From: Anaeromyxobacteraceae bacterium | Lineage (GTDB): Bacteria; Myxococcota; Myxococcia; Myxococcales; Anaeromyxobacteraceae | NCBI GenBank assembly: GCA_032654565.1 | Contig: JAULAX010000011.1 | Coordinates: 1 to 64,000 of the forward strand | Length of the DNA stretch: 64,000 nt | Direction of reading: 5' to 3' | Part shown: piece after piece, positions 35,466-48,366 of the stretch | Layout of the letters: every line of letters starts with the position of its first letter | How positions within the stretch are numbered: position 1 is the first letter of the stretch | Translations under genes and position numbers: made by a program | The notes under the pieces: model-generated | Databases searched by the model: none | Seen by the model: only the letters and a program-made list of their open reading frames with translations | Told to the model about the DNA's origin: nothing

Positions 35466-36248
35466 GTGAGCTCTCTCCCCTCGGAGCGGAAGGCGCTGCT
35501 CTTCTCGGCCGGCGGCGTGCGCCTGGCCCTGCGCCTGTCACAGCTGCGCGAGATTCGCGAGCTGCCGCCGGGGGAGGGGGAGGTGGTGATGCGGGGCGAG
35601 CCGGTGCCCACCGCCTGGGTCTCCACCGTGCTCGGCCTGCCGGCCGGGGCGGCGCGCTTCGTGCTGGTCACCGAGGACACGCCGCAGACGGCGCTGCGGG
35701 TGGAGGCGCTCCACGGCATCGTCGACCTCGGCGACGCCGAGGTCTTCCAGCTGCCCGCCCACACCCTGGTGCCGGCGCCGTCCCCCTTCGCCGGCGCCGT
35801 GGTGGTGAAGGAGGAGGTGGCGCTGGAGCTGGCGGTCTCGTCGATGGGCTTCGCGCCGCTGGAGCCGGGGGAGGATCCCCTGGAGCCGCCGCCCTCGATG
35901 GGCCCCTGGCCGGAGCGGGAGCTCCGCTTCACCCGTGGTCCATTCACCTTCGGCGTGCCGGTGTCGCTGGTGATGGCGGTGCGCGACGCGCCGCCGCTGG
36001 CCCACGTGCCGCTGGCGCCCCCGTCCCACCGCGGCCTGCTCTACCACGGGCGGGCCATCCACCCGGTCATCGACGTCGGCGTCTTCTTCGGGCTGGCCCC
36101 GTCGCTGATCCCGCCGGAGGTGCTGCTGCTCGACGCCGGCGGCGCGGCCATCGGGGTGGTGGCCGACAAGGTGCTGGGGCTGGACCGGGGCAGGGACGAC
36201 GACGAGGTGCTGCGGCCGCCGTGGGACACGCTGTTCGGGCGTGGCTAG
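35466..36248 (+). CDS. Tandem CheW-like domain protein (RomA-like by position)
   Basis: Two CheW-like halves (FGVPVS.V, GLLYHGRAIHPVID); directly upstream of romR. Confidence 0.7.
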   Translation: MSSLPSERKALLFSAGGVRLALRLSQLREIRELPPGEGEVVMRGEPVPTAWVSTVLGLPAGAARFVLVTEDTPQTALRVEALHGIVDLGDAEVFQLPAHTLVPAPSPFAGAVVVKEEVALELAVSSMGFAPLEPGEDPLEPPPSMGPWPERELRFTRGPFTFGVPVSLVMAVRDAPPLAHVPLAPPSHRGLLYHGRAIHPVIDVGVFFGLAPSLIPPEVLLLDAGGAAIGVVADKVLGLDRGRDDDEVLRPPWDTLFGRG

Positions 36249-36303
36249 GCCACCCACGGTCCGCGGCTGCCTCCGCCTAGGCACCCGTAAAGCCCCGAGA
36301 ATC

Positions 36304-36333
36304 TTGACACTCGGGAGAGCGCGGCGGTACTCC
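36304..36333 (+). promoter_or_regulatory. Possible sigma-70 promoter of romR
   Basis: TTGACA-N18-TACTCC (weak -10). Confidence 0.4.
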
Positions 36334-36367
36334 AATGGGAGCACCAACACAGCCTTCGGGACCCTCC

Positions 36368-37864
36368 ATGCCCAAGAACCTGCTCCTCGCGGACGACTCG
36401 GTCACCATCCAGAAGGTGGTGGCCATCACGTTCGCCAACGAGGACTACGCCGTCAGCGTCGTCGCCAACGGCGAGGACGCCATCGCCAGGGCCCGGGCGG
36501 CCCGGCCCGACGTGGTGCTGCTCGACGCCACCATGCCGAAGAAGAACGGCTACGAGGCCTGCGAGGCGCTCAAGGCCGACCCGGCGATGGCCGGCGTCCC
36601 CGTCATCCTGCTGGCCGGCACCTTCGAGCCCTTCGACGAGGCGCGGGCCACGGCGGCGGGCGCCGACGCCTTCATCCAGAAGCCGTTCGAGAGCCAGGCG
36701 CTCATCAACAAGGTCCGCGAGCTGGTCGAGGGCAAGGCCCCGGTGGCGGCGCTGGGCGCCACGCCGCTCGCCTTCGGCGCCTCCGGCGCCGCGCCCGCCC
36801 CGCCGGCCCCGGCCAGCAGGCCGGGGGTCGCCCCGCCCCGGCCGCAGGTTGCGGCCGCGCCACCACCCCCGCCCGCCTCCGCAGCCCCGCCGGCGGCTCG
36901 CCCGGCCGGCGGCTCGCCCGGCCCGGGCGCCATGCCGCCTCCCGGGGCTCGGCCGCCTCCGGGCGCCATGCCGCCTCCCGGGGCTCGGCCGCCGCCGGGC
37001 GCCATGCCGCCTCCCGGGGCTCGACCGCCGCCGGGCGCCATGCCGCCCCCGGGGGCTCGCCCGCCGCTGAGCGCCTTCCCGCCCCCCGTGGCCCGTCCCA
37101 CGGCCGCCATGCCGCCCCCGGGCGCCCGGCCGCCTCCGCCGGACCTGGCGCCGCGTCCGCTCGCCCCGCCGGCTCCGCCGCCCGCCGCGGCGGCGCCGCG
37201 CCCGTTCTCCATGCCCCCGCCGCCCGCCGCGGCCACGCCGCGCCCGTTCGCCATGACCCCGCCGCCATCGGCGCCCGTCCAGCCGCCGGCCAGGCTCGAC
37301 CCCTTTGGCCTCGACGTCGCCACGCCCCGGCCCCCGCCGCCGGCGCCGGTGCCGGTGCCGGTGCCGGTGTCCGCGCCCGCGCCCGCCGCGGCCGAGGATG
37401 ACTGGAGCGACATCGAGGTCACGCCGTCGGAGCCGCTGTCGGCCCGCGCCCCGGTGGCCCCGCCGCCCCCCGCGGCTCGGGCCGCGCCTCCGCCCGAACC
37501 GGCCCGGGCCCCGGAGCCGGAGCCGGAGCCGGCCTTCGAGCTGGAGCCCGCGACCAGCGGCTTCGAGCCGATCGAGCTGCCCGCCGAGGAGCCGGGCGAG
37601 GCCCCGCTGCTGTCCCCCATGCACGAGTTCGTCCCGGCCGCCGAGTCCACCGGTCACCAGCCGGCCCCGGCCGAGGCGCCGGTCGCCGCGTCCCCGCTGG
37701 CCCCGGCGGCGCCGGCCGACGGCGGCGAGGCGGTGCTGCGCGAGGCGCTCTCCCGGGCCTCCCGCGAGGTGATCGAGCGCGTCGTATGGGAAGTGGTCCC
37801 CCAGCTCGCCGAGACCATCATCCGCGAGAACCTCGATCGCCTCACCCGGGCGCGCCAGGGCTGA
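36368..37864 (+). CDS. romR: Polarity response regulator RomR
   Basis: MPKNLLLADDSVTIQKV receiver, Pro-rich linker, C-terminal DGGEAVLREALSRASREVIERVVWEVVPQLAETIIRE. Confidence 0.88.
   Translation: MPKNLLLADDSVTIQKVVAITFANEDYAVSVVANGEDAIARARAARPDVVLLDATMPKKNGYEACEALKADPAMAGVPVILLAGTFEPFDEARATAAGADAFIQKPFESQALINKVRELVEGKAPVAALGATPLAFGASGAAPAPPAPASRPGVAPPRPQVAAAPPPPPASAAPPAARPAGGSPGPGAMPPPGARPPPGAMPPPGARPPPGAMPPPGARPPPGAMPPPGARPPLSAFPPPVARPTAAMPPPGARPPPPDLAPRPLAPPAPPPAAAAPRPFSMPPPPAAATPRPFAMTPPPSAPVQPPARLDPFGLDVATPRPPPPAPVPVPVPVSAPAPAAAEDDWSDIEVTPSEPLSARAPVAPPPPAARAAPPPEPARAPEPEPEPAFELEPATSGFEPIELPAEEPGEAPLLSPMHEFVPAAESTGHQPAPAEAPVAASPLAPAAPADGGEAVLREALSRASREVIERVVWEVVPQLAETIIRENLDRLTRARQG
36923..37066 (+). 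repeat. 36-bp in-frame tandem repeat x4 (PGAMPPPGARPP)
   Basis: ccgggcgccatgccgcctcccggggctcggccgcc units. Confidence 0.9.
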
Positions 37865-37956
37865 GCCCGAGCCGCCGAGCCGATCGCCCGAACCAACCCG
37901 CGCCGCCAGCGCCCCGCCAGGAGCGGACGCCGGTGCTCGTGGCGCCAGGAGCCGAC

Positions 37957-41109
<3,153 letters not shown>

Positions 41110-41112
41110 CCG

Positions 41113-41949
41113 ATGGCCCGGCTCGCCGCCCACGCCGAGCGGCTGGTGGAGCTGGCGCTCGAGGAGGACCTCCTCCTCGGCGACGCCACCAGCGAGGCCA
41201 CCATCGACGCCGCGGCGCGCGGCGTGGCCCGGTTCCTCGCCAAGGAGGAGCTGGTCCTCGCCGGCAGCGCGGTCGCCGTCCACGTCTTCGAGCGGCTCGG
41301 CTGCACCTGCCGCTTCGAGGTCGAGGACGGCGCCTCGGTGGCCTGCGGGGCGTGGTTCGGCGAGGCGGCGGGGCCGGTCCGGGCGCTGCTCGGGGCCGAG
41401 CGGACGGCGCTCAACTTCCTGCAGCGGCTCTCCGGGGTGGCCACCACCACGCGCCGCTGCGTCGAGGCCCTGGCGGCGGGTGGCGCCAGGACCCGCCTGC
41501 TCGACACCCGCAAGACCACGCCGGGCTGGCGGCTGCTGGAGAAGGCTGCGGTGCGGGCCGGCGGCGGCACCAACCACCGGGTCAGCCTCGGCGACGGCGT
41601 GCTCATCAAGGACAACCACGTGGCCGCCTGCGGCGGCGTGGGCGAGGCGGTGCGGCGGGCCCGGACCCGGGCCGGCGCCATGCTCAAGATCGAGGTCGAG
41701 GTGGTGGACCTGCCCGGGCTCGACGCCGCCATCGCCGCCGGGGCCGACATCGTCCTGCTCGACAACATGACCGACGAGGCCATGGCCGCCGCGGTCCAGC
41801 GGGCCGCCGGCCGGGTCCTGCTGGAGGCCTCGGGCAACATGACGCAGGAGCGGCTCCCCCGGGTGGCCGCCACCGGCGTCGACTTCGTCTCCATGGGGGC
41901 GCTGACCCACTCGGCGCGGGCGGTCGACATCTCGCTCGAGCTGTCCTAG
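41113..41949 (+). CDS. nadC: Quinolinate phosphoribosyltransferase
   Basis: ERTALN, DTRKTTPG, IKDNH, LLDNM, EASG. Confidence 0.93.
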   Translation: MARLAAHAERLVELALEEDLLLGDATSEATIDAAARGVARFLAKEELVLAGSAVAVHVFERLGCTCRFEVEDGASVACGAWFGEAAGPVRALLGAERTALNFLQRLSGVATTTRRCVEALAAGGARTRLLDTRKTTPGWRLLEKAAVRAGGGTNHRVSLGDGVLIKDNHVAACGGVGEAVRRARTRAGAMLKIEVEVVDLPGLDAAIAAGADIVLLDNMTDEAMAAAVQRAAGRVLLEASGNMTQERLPRVAATGVDFVSMGALTHSARAVDISLELS

Positions 41950-41963
41950 CGCCCCGCCCCGCC

Positions 41964-42015
41964 CCAGGCCAGACCAGGCCAGACCAGGCCAGACCAGGCC
42001 AGAGGAGACCAGGCC
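41964..42015 (+). repeat. 10-bp tandem repeat AGACCAGGCC (3 exact copies plus partials)
   Basis: ccaggcc(agaccaggcc)x3 agaggagaccaggcc. Confidence 0.85.
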
Positions 42016-42059
42016 GCGCCGCGCGCCGTCGTGGTCCGGGGGTGCGCGGGCCGGGCCGA

Positions 42060-42088
42060 TTGACACCCTCGCCCCGGGCCACCAAGAT
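42060..42088 (+). promoter_or_regulatory. Sigma-70 promoter for birA (near-leaderless)
   Basis: TTGACA-N17-CAAGAT, 9 nt before the GTG. Confidence 0.6.
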
Positions 42089-42097
42089 CGACCCGTC

Positions 42098-43102
42098 GTG
42101 ACTCCCGAACTGGTAGCGAGCGAGAGCGCCGAGCTGGTCCTCACCTTCCTGGCCGAGGCCGGCGACGACGTGGTCTCGGGCGAGGCCATCAGCGACAAGC
42201 TCGGGCTCACCCGCGCCGCCGTCTGGAAGCACGTCGAGGCGCTGCGCGGCCAGGGCTACCGCATCGACGCGGTGGCGACGCGCGGCTACCGGCTGGTGGC
42301 GGTGCCCGACCGGCTCCGCTCCCTGGAGCTCCGGCCGCTCCTCAACACCCACGACATCGGCCAGGTGCTCCACTGCTTCGAGTCGCTCGGCTCCACCAGC
42401 GACCACGCCAAGGCGCTCGCCGAGGACGGGGCCGGGCACGGCGAGGTGGTCGTGGCCGAGAGCCAGACCGACGGCCGGGGCCGGCGCGGCCGCAGCTGGG
42501 TGATGGCGCCGGGGCGCAACGTGGCCTTCTCGGTGGTGCTGCGCCCCTCCGACCTGCCCCCCGCCCGCGCCCCCGAGCTGACCCTGGTGGCGTCCCTGGC
42601 GATCTGCGACGCCCTGCGCCGGTCCGGGGTCGAGGCCGGCATCAAGTGGCCCAACGACCTGCTGGTGGACGGCCGCAAGATCGCCGGCATCCTCACCGAG
42701 CTGGCCGCCGAGCCCGACCAGGTCCACTGGGTGGTGGTGGGGGTGGGCGTCAACGTCAACGCCCGGGAGGAGGACTTCTCCCCGGAGCTGCGCCCCCACG
42801 CCACCAGCGTGCTGCTGGAGCGCGGGCAGCCGGCGCCGCGGGCCCTCTTCCTGGCCGCCTGCCTGACGCTGCTGGAGGAGTGGTTCGACCGGCACGCCGA
42901 GGAGGGCTTCGAGCCCATCCGCGAGGCCTGGAAGGCGCGCTCGGTGACGCTGGGCCGGGAGGTGGTGGTGCAGCTCGACGGCCGCGAGGTGGTGGGGGTG
43001 GCCGAGGACCTCGACGCCACCGGCGCGCTGCTGGTCCGCACCGCCGCCGGCCTGGAGCGCATCACCTCGGGCGACGTTGCGCTGCTCCGGCCTCGCGGCT
43101 AA
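42098..43102 (+). CDS. birA: Bifunctional biotin ligase/repressor
   Basis: N-terminal HTH (TRAAVWKH), QTDGRGRRGR, KWPNDL, KIAGIL. Confidence 0.93.
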   Translation: MTPELVASESAELVLTFLAEAGDDVVSGEAISDKLGLTRAAVWKHVEALRGQGYRIDAVATRGYRLVAVPDRLRSLELRPLLNTHDIGQVLHCFESLGSTSDHAKALAEDGAGHGEVVVAESQTDGRGRRGRSWVMAPGRNVAFSVVLRPSDLPPARAPELTLVASLAICDALRRSGVEAGIKWPNDLLVDGRKIAGILTELAAEPDQVHWVVVGVGVNVNAREEDFSPELRPHATSVLLERGQPAPRALFLAACLTLLEEWFDRHAEEGFEPIREAWKARSVTLGREVVVQLDGREVVGVAEDLDATGALLVRTAAGLERITSGDVALLRPRG

Positions 43103-43111
43103 CCTCGCGTC

Positions 43112-43872
<761 letters not shown>

Positions 43873-43876
<4 letters not shown>

Positions 43877-44418
43877 CCGCCCCGGCCGACAGGCTGGTGG
43901 CCGCCGCCGGGGAGGGCGAGCCGCTCCGGGCGGGGCTGGCCGCCTTCGCGGCGCGGGACCTGCCCACCGCGCACGCCGCCTTCGAGCGGGCCCACCGGCG
44001 GGACCCACGGGAGCCCCGGGCCATGTCCTGGTACGGCGTCACCCTGGTGCTGGTGGAGAAGAACATCACCCTGGGGATCTCGCTCTGCGACGCCGCGCTG
44101 CGCCCGATGCCCAGCGATCCCGAGCTGCTGCTCAACTCGGCCAGGATCCACCTCGCCCTCAACCAGCGGCAGCGGGCCTCCAAGGCCATCACCCGGGGGC
44201 TGGTGGCCTGGCCCGACCACCCGGGGCTGCGGGCGGCGCGAGACGCGCTCGGCACCCGGCGCCGCCCCTTCATCCCCATGCTGTCACGCGATCACCCGCT
44301 CAACCGGCTGCTCGGCCGGCTGCGCCACGACTGGGCGACGCGCAAGCAGCCGGCCTTCGACCTCGCCCCCGAGACGCTGGGCCTCCCCGTCGAGGCCGAC
44401 GCGCCGCCACGGAGCTGA
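43873..44418 (+). CDS. Hypothetical TPR-like protein
   Basis: GTG overlapping coaX stop; helical; G.RR.P..P.LSR.HPLN..LG motif. Confidence 0.65.
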
Positions 44419-44421
44419 ACC

Positions 44422-45561
44422 ATGTCCGACTGTCCGCTCGCGCTCGACGTCCTCCCCAAGCCGCTGCAGAAGCACGCCGACGAGAAGGCGCCGCTGCCGC
44501 TCCGGCTCATGGGCGCCAAGGGGCTGGTGCCGGCGGTGGCCGCGCCCGACCTGGTGACCCTGCTCTACGTCCTCGCCTTCGACCCCGAGGCCGAGGTGCG
44601 GGAGACGGCGACGCGCACCGCCACCGGGCTGCCCGACAAGATCTACGGGGTGGCGCTGCGGGCCGAGGGGCTGCGGGGCCAGGTGCTCGACTGGCTGGCC
44701 GACCGGTTCACCGGGAAGGAGCAGGCCATGGAGCTCATCCTGCTCAACCCGTCGACGCTCGACGAGACCATGGCCCGGCTGGCCCCGGCGGTGTCGCAGC
44801 CGCTGGTGGAGATCATCCGCCAGAACGAGCTGCGCCTGCTGCGCCACGACGACATCATCCGGGCGCTCTGCCAGAACCCCAGCGCCCTGGCCTCGACCAT
44901 CGACGGCGCCTGCGACTTCTGCGTCCGCAACGGCCTGCTGCTGCTCGACGTGCCGCAGCTCATCGAGGCGCACAAGCGCGTCCACGGCGTCGACCCCACG
45001 GTGCACCCGCCGGTGGAGTCGGAGACCGCCGAGACGCTGATGAGCGAGTACCGCGCCGAGCTGGCGGTGGAGCCGGTCGACGAGGGCCAGCGGGGGGTGG
45101 AGACCAAGGAGGAGGCCACCCGCAAGCTCAACATGACCCAGCGGGTCATGCAGATGTCGGTCTCGCAGAAGATCAAGCTGGCCACCCTGGGCAACCGCGA
45201 GGCCCGCACCCTGCTGCTGCGCGACTCCAACAAGCTGGTCAGCATGGCGGCGGTCACCAGCCCGCGCATCACCGACGGCGAGATCCTCGGGCTGGCCAAC
45301 TCGCGGACCGTCAACGCCGACGTGCTGCGCTTCATCTACTCCAACCGGGAGTTCACCCGGACCTACGTGATCAAGTCCTCGCTGGTGAAGAACCCCAAGG
45401 TGCCGCTCCCCACGGCGCTGAAGATGATGTTCACGCTGCAGGAGAAGGACATCAAGGAGCTGGCCCGCGATCGCAACGTGCCCCAGACCATCCAGTCGCA
45501 GGCCAAGGCCTTCCTGATGAAGAAGGAGCAGGCGGCCCGGGCCAACATGGACAAGAAGTAG
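44422..45561 (+). CDS. Conserved hypothetical helical protein
   Basis: Strong codon bias; KIKLATLGNREARTLL, LVKNPKVP; function not recognised. Confidence 0.75.
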   Translation: MSDCPLALDVLPKPLQKHADEKAPLPLRLMGAKGLVPAVAAPDLVTLLYVLAFDPEAEVRETATRTATGLPDKIYGVALRAEGLRGQVLDWLADRFTGKEQAMELILLNPSTLDETMARLAPAVSQPLVEIIRQNELRLLRHDDIIRALCQNPSALASTIDGACDFCVRNGLLLLDVPQLIEAHKRVHGVDPTVHPPVESETAETLMSEYRAELAVEPVDEGQRGVETKEEATRKLNMTQRVMQMSVSQKIKLATLGNREARTLLLRDSNKLVSMAAVTSPRITDGEILGLANSRTVNADVLRFIYSNREFTRTYVIKSSLVKNPKVPLPTALKMMFTLQEKDIKELARDRNVPQTIQSQAKAFLMKKEQAARANMDKK

Positions 45562-47132
45562 TGAAGGTCGGACGCGCCATCTGGCTGTCGGCGGCCACCA
45601 TGGCCTCGCGGGTGCTCGGGCTCCTGCGGGACCAGCTCTTCGTCATCCTCATGGGCGCCAGCCGGTGGTCGGACGCCTTCGTGGTGGCCTTCCGCCTCCC
45701 CAACCTGCTGCGCGATCTCTTCGCCGAGGGGGCGCTCTCCAGCGCCTTCGTCCCCACCTTCGCCGACGCCCGGCGCAACCGCGGCCCCGAGGAGGCGTGG
45801 CGGCTGGCCGGGACGGTGGTGTCGCTGGTGCTGGTGGTGGTGGGGGCGCTGGTGCTGGCCGGCGTCACCTGGGCCGACCAGGTGGTGGCGGTCACCGCGC
45901 CCGGGCTGGGTGAGTTCGCCGGGATCACCGCCGGCCTCACCCGGGTGATGATGCCGTTCCTCCTCCTGGTCTCGCTCTCGGCGGTGGCCATGGGGATGCT
46001 CAACGCCCAGGGGCGCTTCACCGCGCCGGCGCTGGCGCCCGCCCTCTTCAACGTCGGCTCGATCGCGGTCGGGCTCGGGCTCTGGTGGGCGGGCTGGCCG
46101 CCGGAGCGGGCGGTGCAGGGCTGGGCCCTGGGGACGCTGCTGGGGGGCGTGCTCCAGCTCCTCGCCCAGCTCCCCTCGCTGCGGGCCACCGGCTGGCGAC
46201 CCATGCTGGGGATCACCCGGGCCCGGCTGGCGGATCCCGGGGTGCGGCGCATCGGCCGGCTCATGGCGGCGTCGGTGATCGGGCTGTCGGCGACGCAGGT
46301 GAACATCCTGGTCAACCAGGCCTTCGCCTCGTACGAGGCGGGCGCGGCGACCTGGCTGCAGATGGCCTTCCGGCTCATGCAGCTGCCGCTGGGCGTCTTC
46401 GGGGTGGCCATCGCCACGGTGGCCGGGGCCGGGGTGGCGCAGGCGGCGGCGGCGCGCGATCTCGGGGCGGCCAAGAAGACGCTCGGCTCGGCGCTTCGGC
46501 TGGTGGCGTTCTTCAACGTCCCGTCGGCGGTGGGGCTGGCGGTGGTGGGCGGGCCGATCGTGTCGCTGATCTACCAGCACGGGCGGTTCGGGGCGGCCGA
46601 CGCCGAGGCCACGGCCCAGGCGCTGGCCTGCTACGCGCTGGGGCTCTACGCCTACTCGGCGGTCAAGGTGATGGCGCCGGCGTTCTACGCGCTCGACCGG
46701 GCCAGGGTGCCGGTGGTGGGGTCGATCCTGGGGATGGTGGTGAACGTCGGGCTGAACGTGGCGCTCTATCCGGTGCTCGGGTTCAGGGGGGTGGCGCTGG
46801 GGACGTCGCTGGCGGCGGGGGCCAACCTGACGGTGCTGCTGGTGGCGTGGCGGCGGGAGTACGGGGGGCTGGGCGGGGCGGGGCTGGTGCCTCAATTACT
46901 CCGGGTGTCGGCGGCGTCGGCGGTGCTGGCGGCGGTGGCGTGGGGCACGGCGGCGGCGCTGGGCGCGGCGCTCCCTCCGGGAGGGCTCTGGAGGCAGGCG
47001 GTGGTCGGGCTGGTGCCGGTGGCGGCGGGGGCGGCGGCCTACTTCGGCGTGGCGCGGTGGCTCGGGGTGGAGGAGTTGGGGGAGGTGCTCGCGGCTCTGA
47101 AGCGCCGGAAGCCCGATCCCGTCCGAGAGTAG
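45561..47132 (+). CDS. murJ: Lipid II flippase
   Basis: SRVLGLLRD, AFRLPNLLRDLFAEGALS, RLMQLPLGVFG. Confidence 0.93.
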   Translation: MKVGRAIWLSAATMASRVLGLLRDQLFVILMGASRWSDAFVVAFRLPNLLRDLFAEGALSSAFVPTFADARRNRGPEEAWRLAGTVVSLVLVVVGALVLAGVTWADQVVAVTAPGLGEFAGITAGLTRVMMPFLLLVSLSAVAMGMLNAQGRFTAPALAPALFNVGSIAVGLGLWWAGWPPERAVQGWALGTLLGGVLQLLAQLPSLRATGWRPMLGITRARLADPGVRRIGRLMAASVIGLSATQVNILVNQAFASYEAGAATWLQMAFRLMQLPLGVFGVAIATVAGAGVAQAAAARDLGAAKKTLGSALRLVAFFNVPSAVGLAVVGGPIVSLIYQHGRFGAADAEATAQALACYALGLYAYSAVKVMAPAFYALDRARVPVVGSILGMVVNVGLNVALYPVLGFRGVALGTSLAAGANLTVLLVAWRREYGGLGGAGLVPQLLRVSAASAVLAAVAWGTAAALGAALPPGGLWRQAVVGLVPVAAGAAAYFGVARWLGVEELGEVLAALKRRKPDPVRE

Positions 47133-47134
47133 TT
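47117..47134 (+). repeat. Left inverted copy of the dispersed repeat
   Basis: TCCCGTCCGAGAGTAGTT; includes the murJ TAG. Confidence 0.85.
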
Positions 47135-47377
47135 GGGCCAAGTTCACGATCTCGGTATCGGGCGCCCGCCTGGTGGGTAGGGAGGCGGGGCGACAGAGAC
47201 CGGCAAGGAGTCCCTGCCGGGGAGGTGAGGCGCCCGTGCAGGACTCAGAGGCGCCCGGATGTCATCCAGCCACCAGTCGTGCGGCGCCTTCGGCCGTCCC
47301 CAGGCAGTCCCCGACCGCGGCCTGAGGCTGCCGAAGCGGTGACGAGGCTGAGTGAGGGAATCTGACGGGGCGGTGAG

Positions 47378-48280
47378 TCAGCCAGGGGCGAGGCAGGGGG
47401 CGCGGTGGAGGACGCGCATGAGGTAGGTGCCGGCGGGGAAGAGGACGTCGGCGGAGCCGGTGCGCCAGCGGTCGAAGGCGCGGCGGTAATCCTGGATGAA
47501 GGAGCCGAGGGCGCGGAGGGCCTGGACGCGACGCCAGGTGTCGTGGCTGGCGACGCGCGGGTTGAGCCCTCCGAGGGGCGCCCTGGTAGGAGGCCTGTCG
47601 AAGGGGCGCTGTGCGAGCACCCGCTGGACGCCGAGGAAGCCACGCCCGCGCGAGGCGAGGTGGGCAGAGGCGGCTTGCTCCCGGTCGGCGAGGGCGGCAT
47701 GGAGGGAGCGGCGGAAGTGGGCCGGAGAGTCGAAGCCCGGGGGGATGACGAGCCGCAGGGAGGCCCGGTCGGGCAGGGAGCGCTGGCCGGCCCGCCGGAA
47801 GAAGGAGGAGGGCCTGGTGAACTCGAGGGGCGCGGCGCCCATCTGGTCCGGGGCGGACCAGAGCCCCGGCCAGAGCCGTCCGCGGCGGACCAGGCCGGCC
47901 TTGACCGGGTTGGCGAGGGTGTAGGCGACCTTGTCGAGGACGTCGGCCGGGGACTGCAGGGCGACGGCGCTGAAGGTGGGCGGCCCCCAGAAGTACTCCT
48001 GGCGCCCCAGCATGGCGTTCATGGAGCGGCCGATGAGCGAGTCGAGGAACCTGCCGAAGGCGGGGAGGCAGGCGTCGGGGTCGGTGACCACGAGGTGGAG
48101 GTGGTTGGACATCACGCAGAAGGCGTGGACCTCGACGCGAAAGCGCTCGGCGGCGACGGCGAGGAGGAAGCCGACGAGCTGGTTGGTGGCCTTCGAGGGG
48201 CGCAGGAAGAACTGCCGGTTCAGGCACCGGCGGGTGATGAGGTAGGTGGTGCCCGGGAGCACCTGGCGTGGCGCGGTCAT
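47378..48280 (-). mobile_element. Y1 HUH tyrosine transposase/nuclease (RAYT / IS200-superfamily-like)
   Basis: YLITRRC, FCVMSNHLHLV (HUH), FW, AYTLANPVKAG (catalytic Tyr-NPV), C-terminal FPAGTY; no tnpB nearby. Confidence 0.85.
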
Positions 48281-48366
48281 GGCCCGGGGCTACATCGCAG
48301 GACCCGTGCCAACGCCTCCACTCGCGATTCCAGCCACTTGCCTCTCCGCCGCCCACCCCACCCCGG

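Noticed and set aside
47378..48280. Canonical IS605 element with TnpB/omegaRNA, or a DDE IS with target-site duplication
   Set aside because: No TnpB/IscB ORF, no DDE motif and no flanking direct repeat seen; the protein is much longer than typical IS200 TnpA
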